Made by a program: the position numbers and the translations under genes
Assembly (NCBI GenBank): GCA_973895155.1
Contig: OZ316898.1
Coordinates: forward strand, 2,083,927 to 2,147,926
Direction: 5' to 3'
Source: Marsupella aquatica
Taxonomy: Eukaryota > Plantae > Marchantiophyta
DNA length: 64,000 nucleotides
In this document: positions 62,281 through 64,000 of the stretch, piece by piece
How positions within the stretch are numbered: the first letter of the stretch is position 1
Layout of the letters: each line of letters starts with the position of its first letter
Notes under the pieces: generated by a model
Seen by the model: only the letters and a program-made list of their open reading frames with translations
What the model was told of the DNA's origin: nothing
Databases searched by the model: none

Positions 62281-64000
62281 TCACCTACTAGACACCAATA
62301 GAAAGAATCCTTCGAAAGCTTTCAGGTTGCACGGGGAGCTGACTGATGGGATTTTAGCTTGGCCTGAAGGTGTACTCAACGATGTCAAAAGTTACTTTTT
62401 GATATTGAGATGTCTGGACAAGCAAGCCGCATTAGAGGCCAGGGGTTACCCATCGATCAAAGTTGCTTAGGATCATGTTGGATTTATGGTTGACAGCGAT
62501 CGTGGCTGGCCATTTTATGAAGAAACTCAAGGTAGAAAGATGTGGACAGTTTCTTTATCGATTCTAAATGTAATATTTGCCGTGACGAATGGGGCAAAGA
62601 CCTGTTGGGTTGTCCACGTTCTCTGCTGTCACCACTCACCAGTATCTTTTCTAGGTAGGCTGGTAACGAGCTCTTCTTTGGTTGACTACTGGATATCTTA
62701 TGCAAATGATTTCATTGATCCATACAAGATCGGGGATGCAAAGCCTGGGGATGGGCCACGGAAGACGTTGAGATCCATGTTCACGTACAGGAGAGAAGGT
62801 GAGATGAACAGTCTTCACAGGAATATGAAGCTCTTGTCATGGTCGTAAATGATCTTCCATTGCAGTCCTTCATTCCGTTCAAGTATGCAGGCAGCAGCAT
62901 CATGCAACAAGAGTGAGTTGCCGTGCAAGTGCACAGAGAATTGCGTTTGCCGCAAGTGAAACACGATTAGGTGGGTCACGTGGCAAAAACTTATGGCAGG
63001 CAGGTGGGTCAAGTTCGCAATTTATTATGGCTTTCACAGGAGCCATAGTATCACCAGTTGCCCCGACAGTAGAGCTTTACCATGTCTTGCAAGGCATAGA
63101 AAGAGAGTCTGTGCTGGCGTAATTTCCCAGTGCTCATTTTGTAGACAACAGTTAAAATCTGATGCCAAATAATTCAATTCAGAACTTCCTACTAAACTCC
63201 TGCCTTCAGTCGTGACAATACTCGACGGAGAGACGATTCAAGGTTTGGATGTACATACTCGAGCCCCTAATAAAGTGGCACTCAAGTACAGTCTCCATAG
63301 CAAATTACTGTATGTACAGTGGGATAATCGAATTGGACTGGGGCAACGAAGTCTACAGTGGTGCGCCAAATCGCTGTCAATTCATCCACGACTTCAACAA
63401 GTTCCGTGGCCCGCAAAAAATAGTTTTGGGGTTGCCAGTGTGACAATTTTCAGTTCTGGACTTCGGCGGTGAGGTTTCTTCTTACTTCCGTAGCCTTCTC
63501 CAGTTTTCGTCCGTGGTGGGTCATACGTAATCGAGGGCCAATCTCGCCAAACAGCAAACTGAATCCGGATTTTCGGGATGAAATTCTCCACAGCCAGCCG
63601 ATGGAGGTTTCCGAATGAAATCCGTCATTGGAAATGTGGATATTATCCTTGGTGGGTTAAGAGAATGCATCGGGCACATCCACCTCGAATGCTAGGAATG
63701 AAGATGTTGTCCACGACAAGTGAGCCTGGGTTTCCGTGATCTCGAGTCATTCCCACTCCTTGCTTTCCAACCAGTCCAAGCCGAAAATGTTTCCCCTGTC
63801 CAAGCTCGGAGGTACGCACGCATGTGGGGACACCAGGCTCTGAAAGGGTATCAGCAGCCGCATTTCTTCGCCAATTCTCCATGCTTCGCCGACTAAAGAT
63901 CAGAGAAAAGGCATGGCTGACACTGCTCTTCGATCATTTTGCGGCGCATACAGTTCTCTTGTTCTCCACCGATCGAGTGGACCAGCCCCGCTCATCGTCA

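Noticed and set aside
62480-63900. Possible decayed gene (F-box/kelch-like) on the minus strand
   Set aside because: Fragmented frames with many stops; I could not identify a convincing motif.

Overview
This is intron-containing land-plant genomic DNA. The alpha/beta-hydrolase-NB-ARC-LRR gene suggests a bryophyte, most likely a liverwort (inference). From left to right the window holds: (1) two abutting PIF/Harbinger-superfamily DNA transposons with shared TIRs and ANT target-site duplications (Pangu-like), a 337-bp MITE (394-730) and a 7.8-kb defective full-length element (737-8563) with convergent ORFs and a probable nested LTR-like insertion; (2) a young, complete but disabled Ty1/copia retrotransposon (9564-16284) inserted into an older palindromic element; (3) a tandem pair of CYP71-clan cytochrome P450 pseudogenes, each with a Tourist-like MITE upstream; (4) intact housekeeping genes NOM1/Sgd1 (MIF4G-MA3) and WDR5; (5) a giant hydrolase-NB-ARC-LRR immune receptor (51147-62280). 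The receptor is the most striking feature. Its LRR region is about 25 near-identical 282-bp (4-LRR) units, roughly 100 LRRs in total. The units are combinatorially shuffled, vary almost only at solvent-exposed xxLxLxx positions, and include a premature stop that was itself copied by a 564-bp duplication. Its hydrolase domain has Cys in place of the nucleophilic Ser. All calls come from reading the sequence by eye; no database searches were run.
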